The notes under the pieces are model-generated. The model ran no database searches, was not told where the DNA came from, and saw only the letters and a list, made by a program, of their open reading frames with translations. From Eledone cirrhosa (lineage: Eukaryota), in contig OZ024740.1 in NCBI GenBank assembly GCA_964016885.1, positions 275,528,001-275,592,000 on the forward strand: a stretch of 64,000 nucleotides of DNA, written 5' to 3'. Shown piece by piece: positions 22,456 to 35,570 of the stretch. Numbering within the stretch: the first letter of the stretch is position 1; each line of letters begins with the position of its first letter. Position numbers and translations under genes: made by a program.

Positions 22456-22961
22456 TATATATTTATATGCATCTAAAACATTCATTTTTCTCTATAAATT
22501 TAGCTTATTATCTTTCAAACTGTCTTTGCATTGTACCTTTCTATCAATATTTTATCTATGTATCTACCTATCTACCGGTCGCTTTATCCATGCATCAATA
22601 TAGACATTTCTTTACCTATTTGTTTGTCTAACCATCTAACTAACAATTCATATTTATTAATGGGTGTAAGGCATAATATGGGAGAGATTTGCCTGTTCAT
22701 TTTTAGTAGGACAAGCAGCCATGTCGAGGCTTATTCATTGGCTTGGTTTAAGAAATTCGCTTTGCAACTATGTGGCTTTGGGTTCAATTTTATTGAATAG
22801 TGTCTTGGGTAAGTGTGCTCTGCCATAGTCTAAAGTTTACCATAACCATGTTAGTACATTTTGAAGATAGAAACAGTGAGAAATGCATAGGGTGGATCAT
22901 TCCACTTCTTAAGTGTTTTACTCAAGTGTTTGATTTAAGTTTGTTTAACACTAACATCTAT

Positions 22962-23170
22962 CTTTTGGAAGCCTTTAACAGAGTATCCTATGTTCCTATC
23001 TTTCATATTATGTTTCTAGTTGGAAAATACATGTCCTTTGGAGGCCTTTAACAGATTATACTGTGTTCCTAGCATTCGTGTTATGTCTCTAGTTGGAAAA
23101 TACATCTGTCCTTTGGAGTCCTGTAACAGGATACAATGTGTTCCTAGCATTCGTGCTATGTCACCAGTTG
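22962..23170. repeat. About 73-75-bp diverged minisatellite, 3 units
   Basis: tttgga.gcctttaacag...tgttcctagcattcgtg.tatgtc.ctagttggaaaatacat repeated. Confidence 0.85.
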
Positions 23171-23244
23171 TTAAATAACTTCTTTTTTCCCACCAATAAT
23201 GGAGGTTCTGAGAAGGGTTGTTGGTGCTGTCCCTCATCTTCTGA

Positions 23245-23472
23245 TTAACCCTTTAACATTCACATTACTCTATATATACTATTATATTTTCCCGGTACAG
23301 GCTTTACCTCGCATAATTATCTCACATAATATCGAATCTATGAGATTTTGAAAGTATTTATTTTGAGAACACTACCTTAACATCAGTATGAGTGACAAGT
23401 TACAGCCAGTTTCAACAGAAAGAGGTAGATAATTCTGGCTGGTTTTGGCTGGTTTGAACATTAAAGGGTTAA
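23245..23472 (+). mobile_element. piggyBac-like MITE (family D), intact
   Basis: TTAA-ccctttaa...ttaaaggg-TTAA. Confidence 0.9.
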
Positions 23473-25617
23473 GTCATTAAAAATAGAATAAAAGAACATA
23501 TGATGAATAGACGTTTATTATTTCATTTGATATAGTAGTCATGGTTGTGACTGTGATTGAGGCTGTGGTGGTGATGGTGGTGTAGGTGGTGGTGGAGGTG
23601 GTGGTGGTTTAGAGGACATAAATGTCAGCTAATCTTTACATATATATCACTGTTTCTGCAACTATATATTTTATTCATTACCATCTTCATCATCTCACCA
23701 TCAAACAGCAGGGAAGATACTAGTAGTATGATATTTGCCAGATTGAAGTTCGACGACGATATATTTAATGGGATCCTACGAAGCGGATGAGATCACTTCC
23801 TCTTATTACTTCACTAACCTTGAAAGTGGAAAAAAAAAAATGAAAGAAAGAAAGAAAGAGTGACATAAAGATGAAAAATATACAGAACAGAAAGTATTCA
23901 GCATGATCTCGGAATGCAAACACACACATACACATACACATAAACATATTGACACATGCCCATATATAATAGTGGTTATTATAAAGTTATTTATCAAATA
24001 TAATGATAATAATTTGAGGAGGAAACAATTAGTCAATGTGATTGATTCTAAGCTTGCGCTGCCTCTTTGGGGAGGGAATTTAGCAGCCAAATCAAACAGT
24101 TTCCCCTCAAATGATATTTTCAAATGTTTGTAAACCCAGATTATTACCAACAGCATCATGAGCCTCAGGACATAGATGGCAGGGTTAATAAGAAAACATA
24201 CAATTAATGAAGAGGTTGCCAGTTTCTTGCCATATTATTTGCAATATGTTGTTTATATCCTTGGCCAACACAACTTAAATCTGCTATGGTGTAGTTTACT
24301 GCTGTCATTCATCATCACCATCATCATCATTTTTGTACATGATTTTCTATACTGGCATGGGTTAGTTAAGATTTTTTAAAGCAGTTTTTTACACATAGAT
24401 GACCTTCCTGATGCCAACCCCTTTAGCTGTCTCTTACAGTATGCAAGGATACAGAGAACCTATTTTGAAAACTGCAGATACACAGTAACTCATTAGTGAT
24501 TACAATGTTTTATATCAGCTTGTAGAGCTAAGCCCGGTTTCAGAATGCAAGCTCACAAACACACAGCACTGGAAAAAAATTAATCTTTCTTATTCTTTTA
24601 AGGAGTTGTGTAAGGAAAGGGAGTATATTTACAGCCTTTGTATGTCCTCCAAGACTGGATGGTGATGTGTTCGATGTTTTCATGAACAACTCCAAATAGA
24701 TGACTGCATAAATAGCATGGACAGGGAGGGAATTTCAAGGAGATTTCATTCTGAATAGGAAACATTTGATATGGTTGTTACTGTGGCCAGGGGAAGCTGT
24801 CTTTGTGTGTTGGTTCTGTACTACACTGTAGCTCAAAAAGCATTAGCTAGCCAGTAGGAGGGATATGAATAAAGTGTTTTTATGCAAAAATAAAAAGTAT
24901 CACATTTTTAGCTTAGTCTCAACAATAGCAAGTAGGAGCATTGCCAATTGTGATTTACCCTAATATATAAATCCTACTATTTAATTGAGTCTGGAAGGTT
25001 AACAAATATGTAATCCTTGTGAAATTTAGTTGTCCCACCAAAGGTTCTGCCACTAGATGAATGATAATTATTTTCAACATAAGCACAGAGCTAGAAACCT
25101 GTATTTCCTTCCTAGCATGGGTTGGCAGGGCTTTTTAGACAGCTGAATACTCTACACGATGCCACCACTTGTTTTTTTTCATAATTAAGATTAGTTCTGA
25201 TAAACAAGTGAGCATTGGGACTTTTGTTTATGTTGGACGGAAAGAAATGCTACTGCTTATAGTAGCAGTGTCAATTGTGAAACAAAAATACAAATACCCA
25301 TGCATGCACATACACACACGCATGCACACACACACACATACACACATATACATACATATATACATACATACACACATACACACATACATACATGCAGACA
25401 GACAGACAGACAGACATATTAATATATACTGTGTATATGCCTGTTTTTAGAATTGGAATTGCTTATCACTGCAGGGTGTAAGAAGTGACTAAAAAGATTG
25501 GTGGTCAGGAAATGCAAGCATTCAACTGTAAAAAATTGCTCCATAAAATTTGATCTAATTGATGCCAACATGGAAAATCAGACATAACATTTATGACAAC
25601 GATATGCATATATATAT

Positions 25618-25775
25618 AAAACATGAATGGAAGTGGTGATAGCTGATCTTAGATCGCAAAACTCAGAGAAGAGATGACGAAGGAACGAGACAAGCGGAGA
25701 GATTCTGTACTGAGAAGGACCCATCAAACCCATGCAATCCATCTAACAATAAATTTAAAATGATAATGATGATGA
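25618..25775 (+). mobile_element. RTE LINE extreme 3' fragment
   Basis: Similar to 29566-29690 (KTW.EVV.ADLRS...RDK.RD.VL). Confidence 0.7.
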
Positions 25776-26067
25776 TACATGTGTGTGTCAATATATATAT
25801 ATATATATATATTGGAAAATGTGTGAGATCTTTGGTACAGTTAGGTATATTTGAAAAAAAGGAAAAGAATTACTTCACTTGTAGTTCTAAAAAATTTGAT
25901 TTAATTTTATAATATTATGAGTTGGTAGATCTAGTAAGTTCTTTGTTAACTTCGTTGGGAAGATTTTTAAAGATTCCTGGTTAATTTTCCTGGAGAACTT
26001 TCTCGCATTCGTGAGTGGCGATTGTCAAACTGAGATCTCAGTTATATTTCATTTAATTTTTTTTTCA

Positions 26068-26396
26068 TTTCATTTTTACGTCCACTTTTCCCTGCTTGCA
26101 AGGGTGGGACAGGAACTGATTCTGGCTTGATTTCTACAGCTGGATGCCCTTCCTAACACCAACCTCATTTACAGTGAGTGCTGGGTGCTTTTTTGCCGTG
26201 GCACCTCTACGACAACTTTGCAGTGGAATGATATGGACCCCAGTCCCTATCATCTCATTTCTACAGCTGAGTAAACTGGAGCAATGTGAAATAAAGTGTC
26301 TTGCTCAAGGAAACAACACATCACCCGGTCTGAGAATTGAACTCACAACCTTTTGATTGCAAGGCCAATGCTCTAACCACTAAGCCATGTGCCTCC
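26068..26396 (-). mobile_element. SINE family B with RTE tail
   Basis: Reverse complement of 18372-18723. Confidence 0.9.
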
Positions 26397-26613
26397 ATAT
26401 ATATATATATATTTAAAATTTTTGTTAAATTTTAATATGATACTGTAAGAACTATGTGTTCTTACATTCTATACAGATTGTCTCCTGTTCAAGTTTGATA
26501 CGTTTATATCATTGGATATGTATATGTCATTCACTATTTTGTAATGATTAAATGCTCAGAATTATTCTTTGAATTTTCATACATGTAAAATATACATGTT
26601 ATATGTATGAAAC

Positions 26614-26805
26614 ATAATTGTTTCTACTTTTGGCACAAGGCCAGCAATTATCCAGAGCATTACTGGTACTTTATTTTATCAACCCCGTAAGGATGAAAGG
26701 CAAAGTTAACCTCGGCAGGATTTTAACTCAGATCATAAAGGGCCATAACTCTTTGATGCAAAACATGACGTCCGACTCTCTACCGATACTGCCAATCCAC
26801 CACCG
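26614..26805 (-). mobile_element. SINE family A with 15-bp TSD
   Basis: TSD tgtatgaaacataat at 26604-26618 and 26807-26821. Confidence 0.92.
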
Positions 26806-27039
26806 TTGTATGAAACATAATGATAGATAAAACATATATGTTAATTGTAAAAACAATCTAGCATTCAATCCAGAATGAGGTTTATTTCTCCTCTTAACCC
26901 TATGGAACCAAAACTATGAACCTATTGTCATGCATACAATAGAGTTGTTAGATTCATTATAAACTTCTAAAATTTAGCTGTATATATTTTTATGGTTTAG
27001 ATCAGGAGAAAAGTCTTGTGCCTATGACATATGCAGACA

Positions 27040-27495
27040 ATCCAGTATTGCTTGAATTGTTACTGTTGACGTTTAACTTCAACAAATGCAAGTTGAGCCC
27101 TGAAGTAAAAATATTGGAAGGGAATTCCTCTGGTTTGACCTGAAGACGAAGGATTAGGCATGCTGGTTAATGTGAAGCCTGGAGGAAGGTGACAGTGTAA
27201 ATGCTGAGAAGAGAGGTGATAGTTAAGCTTAGTGAGAGGTAATATTCAACAAACTATCTCTGATGTAACAGTAAAAGAGACAGTTTTGGATATTGTATTC
27301 AACTTGCTTTCTCTGTAGTAACAAGGGGAAGTGAAAGAAGAGAGTGCATCTGCAGGCTAGGTTTGCAGTGTGTTGGTAAGGGCATTTTTTAATGCAGTCT
27401 AGGATATTCATTGTATGTCTCACTTGAGATCCATAGAGATCCAGCAGATGTTTGAAGCTGGAGTATTTTATGGCTCTAAAGGTGAATGTTGGCAT
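27040..27495 (-). pseudogene. Decayed CR1/L2/Jockey-group LINE ORF2 C-terminus
   Basis: FRAIKYSSFKHLLDLYGSQVRHTM and LFYCYI resemble the L.LYK.Q.RP.ME and LFY.Y motifs; frameshifted. Confidence 0.55.
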
Positions 27496-27861
27496 TTAGA
27501 ACTAAATACCCCACCTAAAATAGGAAATAATTTTGTTAACATTTGTATATTCTCTATCTCTCCCATCTTGTCTTATATTTCTCCTTCTTCTTCGTTAATC
27601 ATTATGTTGGGCCTGGTCGATAACTGTTTTTCAGTTACAGCTCATGGGTTAGTGGCAAATTTACACTAATTTGTAAATAATCGTTAAAACTATCATCTTG
27701 TTCTTTGTCCATTTGTTATTGTCCCTCATGCACTAGAATCAGTTGTATCAGTCTTAAAGCACTAAAACAACATATCTCTAGCAGCCGACTGATGAGATGA
27801 GACTGTCTATGTTCGTTCATTTTCCTGTCTTTGCCTAAATTCTTTATTCATTATATATATA

Positions 27862-28047
27862 TGGTGGATTGGCAGTATCGGTAGAGAGTTGGACGCTATG
27901 CTTTCCAGCATAGTTACGTCCCTTTACGGTCTGAGTTCAAATCCCGCCGAGGTTAACTTTGCCTTTCATCCTTACAGGGTCGATAAAATAAAGTACCAGT
28001 AATGCACTGGGTAATTGATGGCCTTGTGCCAAAAGTAGAAACAATTA
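27862..28047 (+). mobile_element. SINE family A
   Basis: Full consensus match. Confidence 0.92.
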
Positions 28048-28831
28048 TATATATATGATAAATTTTCCATGCATACTTATATACAGGTAGTTAGTACACT
28101 CTCGAAGCCAAGAATAATTACGTTTCCACTCTGAAATAATTCCCCCTGATATGTCCAGACCACTATAATGAGGCATTACTATATAGCTACTTAGTGCTAA
28201 GGTCTTTTGTTTTTGTCATTGTTGCTATTGATAACACTATTGCTGTTATTATGCTTATTGATGATGTTGTTGTTATTGTTGTTATAATTTGACTATATAA
28301 GGAAGGGTATTAAATTAAAAAATAAAATAAATTATAATAGAAAAATATATCAATAAAAAATAAATGACAATATAAATAAACAAATATATAAATAATAAAC
28401 AACTAGAATCTTGAAAGCATTCCTTTTCTGTGGAGCAATTAAATTGAAAATACATTCCTGAAATGTTTTGAGTTTTAAACCTTTCCATAGACATTCCTTG
28501 AATTTAAATAGAAACTTAAGAATTAGAGAGAGAAATTGAGACAAATAAAGTGAGTGAGTGAGAGAGAGGGGGGGGAGGGAGAAGAAGAAGGGAGGCAAAG
28601 AGATGAGTGACAAGAACTTCACACTTTCTGAAAGCATATCCCTAAAAAGCATGTCAAGCCATGTTTCTTTAAATATCAAGCATATCCTGTTTAGAAACGA
28701 CCAGAAAAATCGTAAATGTTTTGCTGGCTTTCTTTTCCATGTTTTGACATCAATCATTAGAAGTAAAATACCTTGAATACTCATTAAAGCATTCTTGTAT
28801 TAGTTATAGTTGCTTACTCACTAATTTTCAT

Positions 28832-29727
28832 AAATATAAGACAAAAGTGTTGATAAGTAGAAGACAGGACAATACTCTGATTCTATCAGGGAAATGGCCA
28901 TGTTCGATATGTAGGAAAGGAACTGGCATAAATTCCATAAAATGTACGCAATGCATATCTTGGGTACACAAGAGATGTAGTGGGATAGCAGGCAACTAAC
29001 AGGTAGGGAAAACTACGTATGCAGTAGATGTACAGGGAAATTTGACAGTAGTAATTGCAGTGATAGACACATTTTTCAAATGATGGTGGGTTCTATAGAA
29101 GTGGTTAATAGCTTCCGGTACCTAGGTGATTAGATTAGCATGGGAGGGGGTGTTCCGAGGCCATACTATCTAGAATAAGGACGGACTGGAAGAAGTTTAG
29201 GGAACTGCTTCCTCTGTTGACAAAGAAGGGTTTCTTCCTGCATACGAAAGGACGGTTATATGATGCCTGTGTGAGATGCACGATGCTGCATGGTAGTGAG
29301 ACATGGGCAGCAACTGCAGAGGATATGCGATGGCTGGAGAGAAATGAAGCAAGCATGCTCCGTTGGATGTGGATTATCAATGTGCGTGAACGACTAAGCA
29401 TAGATGAGTTGAGAAAGAAACTAGGTATAAGAGGGATAAGTTGTGGTGTGCAGGAGAGAAGACTGAGATGGTATGGACATGTGATGCACATGGAGGATGA
29501 CCGCTGGGTAAAGAAATGCCAACAAATCCCAGTAGAAGGAAGACGCAGTAGAGGAAGACCACAAAAAACATGGGTGGAGGTGGTGAGAGCAGACCTCAGA
29601 TCGCTGAGACTCACAGAGGATTATGACAAAGGACCGTGACAAGTGGAGAGATGTTGTGCTGAATAGGACCTGTCCAACCCTTGCAAGCAAGGAAAAGTAG
29701 ACGTAAAATGATGATGATGATGATGAT
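28832..29727 (+). pseudogene. 5'-truncated RTE/BovB-like LINE (ORF2 C-terminus, 3' UTR, (TGA)n tail)
   Basis: [70 protein letters not shown]; frameshifts and a stop; tail ccttgcaagcaagg...gacgtaaaatgatgatg. Confidence 0.93.
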
Positions 29728-29847
29728 AACGACACATAGGTAGATCAATGAATGGATGTATGGATAGAGGTATTGCTAAATAGAAAGATGTACAATAACT
29801 CAACAAGCAATTTAAAGCAATTATTACCATCATCATCATCATCATAT

Positions 29848-30042
29848 AGGGCGGTGGATTGGCAGTATCAGTAGAGCATCCGACGCCATGTTTTGCAGCA
29901 CAGAGTTACGGCCCTTTACGGTCTGATTTCAAATCCCGCCAAGGTTAACTTTGCTTTTCATCCTTACAGGGTCGATAAAATAAAGCACCAGTAATACATT
30001 GGGATAATTGCTGGCCTTGTGTCAAAAGTAGAAACAATTATT
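29848..30042 (+). mobile_element. SINE family A
   Basis: Full consensus match; aattatta(c/t)catcatcatcatcat on both sides. Confidence 0.9.
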
Positions 30043-30378
30043 ATCATCATCATCATCGTCGTTTTTAAGGCTGTTTTTCCATACTTGAATGAGTTGGATG
30101 GGTCCTTTTCTGTATAGTATCTCTCCACCCACCGTGTTCCTTCATTATCTCCTCTGTGAGTCTCAGCTATTTGAGATAAGCTCTCACCTGCTCTGCTCAA
30201 TCTTCTTCTTTGGTCTACCTCTACTGTGGCTTTCTTCCACTAGAATTTTCTGACACTTCTTCACCCAGCAATCATCTTCCAAGGACATCACAGACTTCTC
30301 TTTTGCACACCACTTCAAATTCCTCTTAAACCTAGTTTCTTGCTCAATTCATCCAAGCTCTGCCTTTCTCTCACATTT
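30043..30378 (-). mobile_element. RTE LINE 3' fragment, inverted relative to 28832-29727
   Basis: Reverse-complement similarity to 29380-29720, with a (cat)n tail. Confidence 0.75.
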
Positions 30379-30639
30379 GATTCCTCTAAAATAGTAGATA
30401 GTCTTGTATGTTCTATGATAGGCTTAAACATACTTAACCATACCATTCTTTCTGAAGCAATGTTTTACAACTGGACACCCGTCATAGTTGCAACTCTTTA
30501 AACTGCCTTATGCAACATGTAAGTATACAATGTATATATTCTAAACTGGATATACACAGACATAGATAGACAGCTGTATGGATGGTGAAATAGATAGATC
30601 GACATATAGAATTTTCTGGTCATATATGTTTATAAATGT

Positions 30640-30679
<40 letters not shown>

Positions 30680-30683
<4 letters not shown>

Positions 30684-31123
30684 AAACTTTGGGAGGGACA
30701 TGCTGCCAATGAAAACACACACACCTGTTGGTTTTCATTTTAATTTTCATTTCAATTTTCATTTCAATTTTCATTTCAATTTATAACAAATTTCCAGTTG
30801 GTTGGTTTAATAATTGGATGTTGTTTAGTTGTTGATTGTCAAAGCTCTTTCATCACACATTCTGTGATATCTTCAGTGACACCTTTGTTGTTATTTTGTG
30901 TCTCTCCTTTGTCCTCTTCTACGCCTTCTTGTTTTTGAGAGCTGTGTACTTCTTGGGTTGCGCATGCATTATAAAGGTTATCACTGATGAGCTCACTGAA
31001 TGTGTGACAAAAGAGCTTTGACAATCAACAACTAAACAACCATCTGTTTATTAAACTAACCGACTGAGAGTTTATAATAAAAATGCGTTTTTATTGGCAG
31101 CATGACCTTCCCAAAGTATTACA
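30680..31123. mobile_element. Long palindromic (foldback) MITE with TGT...ACA ends
   Basis: tgttaaactttgggagggacatgctgccaat / attggcagcatgaccttcccaaagtattaca; inner arms gttgtttagttgttgattgtcaaagctcttt / aaagagctttgacaatcaacaactaaacaac; left-arm relative near 58100-58260. Confidence 0.8.
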
Positions 31124-31589
31124 TTATCTGTTTCAACACACGTTTCAAATAAGAAATCTTACAAACAAATACAAAAATGAAGTATATATATACATATATG
31201 TATAGACAGACAGACAGACACACACACACACACCACACACATATATTATTTTTCTCTTTTTGTACTTGGTGTTCACTAGCTGTTCTGTCAGACATCAGCT
31301 GCTACGTATCTCTGTCATCTCACACAAACAGAAAGGCTGCAGTATTATTGAGATCTGCCTGTTCTTGATGTTGTTAGGCCATTGTTTTCTTTGTCTGCCT
31401 CTTCTTTGCCCTTCTTCAACTGCAGTTTTGGACAAGGTGTCATGGTGAGATACATGTATATACTGGATGTGCTTTCATTTTTTAACTGTTGCAAGATATA
31501 AATTATTTATTTGATTATGTCACTAAATATATGCTCATCATGAAAATTAGACTGACCATTCCAGCTATTTTCTATATCCTGTAATAACA

Positions 31590-31789
31590 TATAACAGTCA
31601 GCTGAAACATACATAGGCTGACCAAGATACTCTCATGGAATGACCAAATGAGATTTATTTTTCAACATAGTCAGTCCCTGGAAAGAAACAATACAGTTAT
31701 CAATAAGAGTTAAAATTAATGCATGCAAGATTTCACAGCTCTAGTATCACTCCATAGGCAGCCTATGAACTTTTCATCCCACCCTCGTA
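31590..31789 (+). mobile_element. Tc1/mariner-type MITE (family E)
   Basis: TIRs and internal sequence as in 6270-6471. Confidence 0.85.
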
Positions 31790-32254
31790 TATAGCGTTGT
31801 TATAGTAATAATCACCCATACCTCTCTTTCTTGGAAATTACATAAGATATGTGGTACTGGAGATGACAGGAAGAGCCAAAGGGGACAGTAGACTGAAGAC
31901 ATCTGTGAATCATAGTATTGTATATATACTATATGACTGATGAATTCTTTCTACTCAGATTAACATATATGAAAATAAAACTTGCTCAAGCATTAATTAG
32001 TATTTAGCCTTAGGTCAACTCTCAGTGAGGAGTAAATCAGTGATCAAAGGTTAGTGTTTCAGGCATGAACACTTTGTCCTTTTCAAGATAGTAGGGTGCA
32101 ATTTGAAGAACCATTAGTTGTGTTTTTCCTTCTTTTTTTTTTAGGTGGAGTGCTGGTTGAGTGACTACATAGAGGTTCTCATTGGAGTAAGCATTATTTA
32201 ATAGTGTAAATTGCAGTTTCATAACAGTCATAATAATTTTACATATCTATTCGT

Positions 32255-32612
32255 TGCTTTTTCCTTTCATTCCTATTTTATTGCTTTCACTCATCCAATT
32301 GTGACTATGCTGGGGCTCTAGCCTCAAAGGTTTTGGTTGATTATATCAACTACCAATAATTTATCAGACATTTCTCTTTGAATGTATTGGCTCTTGCTCC
32401 TTATGACACATACAGGCATTCACACACATACTGGAGTTTGTATGTGTGAGTGTGTGTGAATCAGCAGAGGTGCTATTTATCAATTTGACTCACAGGGCAT
32501 TGATCAACCTAAGGCTATGACAGAAGGCACCAAATATGTCTTGCAGTAGGATCAAACTTGTAACTACATGGTTATGAAGTAGAATTCTATAACCCACAGC
32601 AATGTCTGCATC
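32255..32612 (-). mobile_element. Old tRNA-SINE family G, decayed; related pieces near 44140-44360 and 47975-48015
   Basis: Degenerate A/B boxes at the right end (tgggttatagaa, aagtttgatcc on minus); tail similarity among the three loci. Confidence 0.5.
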
Positions 32613-32719
32613 AAATAGGTTCCTTTCCAATCAGTTTACATGTAATTCAAGACTGTGCTATATTGCAATTGAAAAGGTCTAATTGGTTAGTTTCTGAAAG
32701 TCTAAATTCAGCACAGTAT

Positions 32720-33410
32720 TTATTGGATCTGGTTGTTATCCCAGCTCAGATTTTAGGTTTTTTAGCAATAATTGGTATCCCATGTAAAACTTTAGGTTTA
32801 TTGGCAATGGTTGGTTTTCCTGGTCAAATTTGGGTTTATTGGAAGTGGATAATATCCTAGGTCAGACTTTAAGTTTATTGAGGTTGTTGGTATTCCAGGT
32901 CAGATTTTAAGTTTCATGGAGTTGGTAGGTATCCAAGATCAAATTCTAGGTTTAATGGAGTTGGTTGGTATCCCAGGTCAAATTCTAGGTTTAATGGAGT
33001 TGGTTGGTATCCCAGGTCAAATTCTAGGTTTAATGGAGTTGGTTGGTAACCCAGATAAAATTCTAGGTTTAATGGAGTTGGTTGGAAACCGAGATCAAAT
33101 TCTAGGTTTAATGGAGTTGGTTCATATCCCAGGTCAAACTTTACATTCATCTTTTTAGCATTTACATTACTCTATATTGTATTTTCATGGTAAACATTTC
33201 ATCTCACATAATTATCTCATAATATCGAATCTACGATATTTTGATATTATTTATTTTAAGAACAATACCTTAACATCAGTATGAGGCGCCAGTTACTGCC
33301 GGTTTGAACAGAAAGAGTTGAGAGAATTCTGGCCGAACATGGCCAGTTTAAATGCTAAAGGGTTAATGGAGTTGGTTGGTATCCCAAGTCAGACTGAATT
33401 TATTGGGACA
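32720..33410. repeat. 39-bp minisatellite interrupted by a family D MITE
   Basis: Unit ggtttaatggagttggttggtatcccaggtcaaattcta; about 11 units to 33140, one more after 33363. Confidence 0.92.
33146..33366 (+). mobile_element. piggyBac-like MITE (family D)
   Basis: Right end aatgctaaagggTTAA; left TIR decayed; internal match to the 23245 copy. Confidence 0.85.
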
Positions 33411-33613
33411 ATCAACTTTACAACTGTTCTCTCATTGTAAGATAAAATTCCTTTTTTTTGTTAACTGTTTTTTTTTACGCATGCCTATATACAGCTCCCA
33501 TCATACACATGCCAAGACATTTTCACTTATTCATAAACCTATATCTATATACACTGACACTTGTGAAATGTTGTTTGGTCAATGATTAGCTTTCATTGAA
33601 CAGATTTACGGTC

Positions 33614-34230
33614 AAAATCATACTAGTCATGACCATCACAACTTTGTGTGTATCAGGTACACAAAATCATACTAGTCTTGACCATCACAACTTTGTGTGT
33701 ATCAGGTACACAATATCATACTAGTCATGACCATCACAACTTTGTGTGTATCAGGTACACAAAATCATACTAGTCTTGACCATCACAACTTTGTGTGTAT
33801 CAGGTACACAAAATCATACTAGTCTTGACCATCACAACTTTGTGTGTATCAGGTACACAATATCATACTAGTCATGACCATCACAACTTTGTGTGTATCA
33901 GGTACACAAAATCATACTAGTCTTGACCATCACAACTTTGTGTGTATCAGGTACACAATATCATACTAGTCATGACCATCACAACTTTGTGTGTATCAGG
34001 TACACAAAATCATACTAGTCATGACCATCACAACTTTGTGTGTATCAGGTACACAATATCATACTAGTCATGACCATCACAACTTTGTGTGTATCAGGTA
34101 CACAAAATCATACTAGTCATGACCATCACAACTTTGTGTGTATCAGGTACACAATATCATACTAGTCATGACCATCACAACTTTGTGTGTATCAGGTACA
34201 CAAAATCACAACTTTGTGTGTATGAGGTAC
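33614..34230. repeat. 49-bp minisatellite, 12 full units plus one partial
   Basis: Unit aa(a/t)atcatactagtc(a/t)tgaccatcacaactttgtgtgtatcaggtacac, exact 49-bp period. Confidence 0.97.
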
Positions 34231-34727
34231 TGCATTACATATTTTGATGAGCATTTTCATTTTATGGTGCTAAAATATGATTTGAAGGAAATTTGGCTGC
34301 TATTTTTAGCAAAGTAAATTACTACACAGATGTTCCCTCTTGGATCAGGTGAATGAGTACGTTTATACACATTCATGCACGAGTGCATTCATATAGACAC
34401 TCTTATATGAATGATTTCCTATATACTCACATTCTCATAAGCTTCCACACACACACACACACATCAGGGTACACATATGCTGATACTTAGACATGCTTAT
34501 TCTTACACATACACACACAGACACATACATGCCCATATATACACATGTAAAAACATTTATCCATGAAGAGCGTTCCACACATAAACACACAAACACACAC
34601 ATTTCTGGATATATTCACTCATTAACACATTCACAGATTTACATATGTGGCAACACACTAACACACATTCTTTTGTGTTACCCTTAAATTATATGCATAC
34701 ACATCTAACACAAAGCACATCTAACAC

Positions 34728-34734
34728 ATATGCA

Positions 34735-34768
<34 letters not shown>

Positions 34769-35570
34769 CACACACACATGCACACACATACACACATGCA
34801 CACACACACACACATGCAGATTCACACGCACACATGCACATACACACACATGCACACACACATGCACACACACATACACACACACATGCACATACACACA
34901 CACATGCCCACACACACATGCCCACACACACACACGCGCACACACACATGTACACACACACACATATGTACACACACACACACACGCGCACACACACGCG
35001 CACACACATGCACACACACACATATGCATACACGCACATGCACACACACACACACATGCACATACACACACATGCACACACACACACACATGCCCACACA
35101 CACACACGCGCACACACACATGCACACACACACACACACACGCACACACACGCGCACACACATTCACACACGCACATGTACACATATACACACATGCACA
35201 CACACGCACACATGCACATACACACACATGCACACACACATGCACATAAACACACATGGACACACACGCACACACAGATGCACATGCACATACACACATG
35301 CACACACACACATGCACACACCCACACACATGTACACATACACACATGCACATACACACACGCACACACACATGCACATACACACACATGCACATACACA
35401 TGCACACACACACACACACATGCACATACACACACATGCATACACACACACACACACATGCACACACACACACACACATGCACACACACATGCACACACA
35501 CGCACACGCACACACATGCATAGACATACACACACACGCACACATACACACGCACACACACACACACACA
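34728..35570. repeat. Compound (CA)n/cacatg low-complexity repeat
   Basis: Source of the HT/CV ORFs. Confidence 0.97.

Noticed and set aside
32914-33158. 13-aa repeat protein (GLMELVGIPGQIL)
   Set aside because: Consequence of a 39-bp unit; no splice or domain support; array disrupted by a MITE
33614-34230. CRISPR-like regular array
   Set aside because: Head-to-tail units without unique spacers; eukaryotic context; no cas genes
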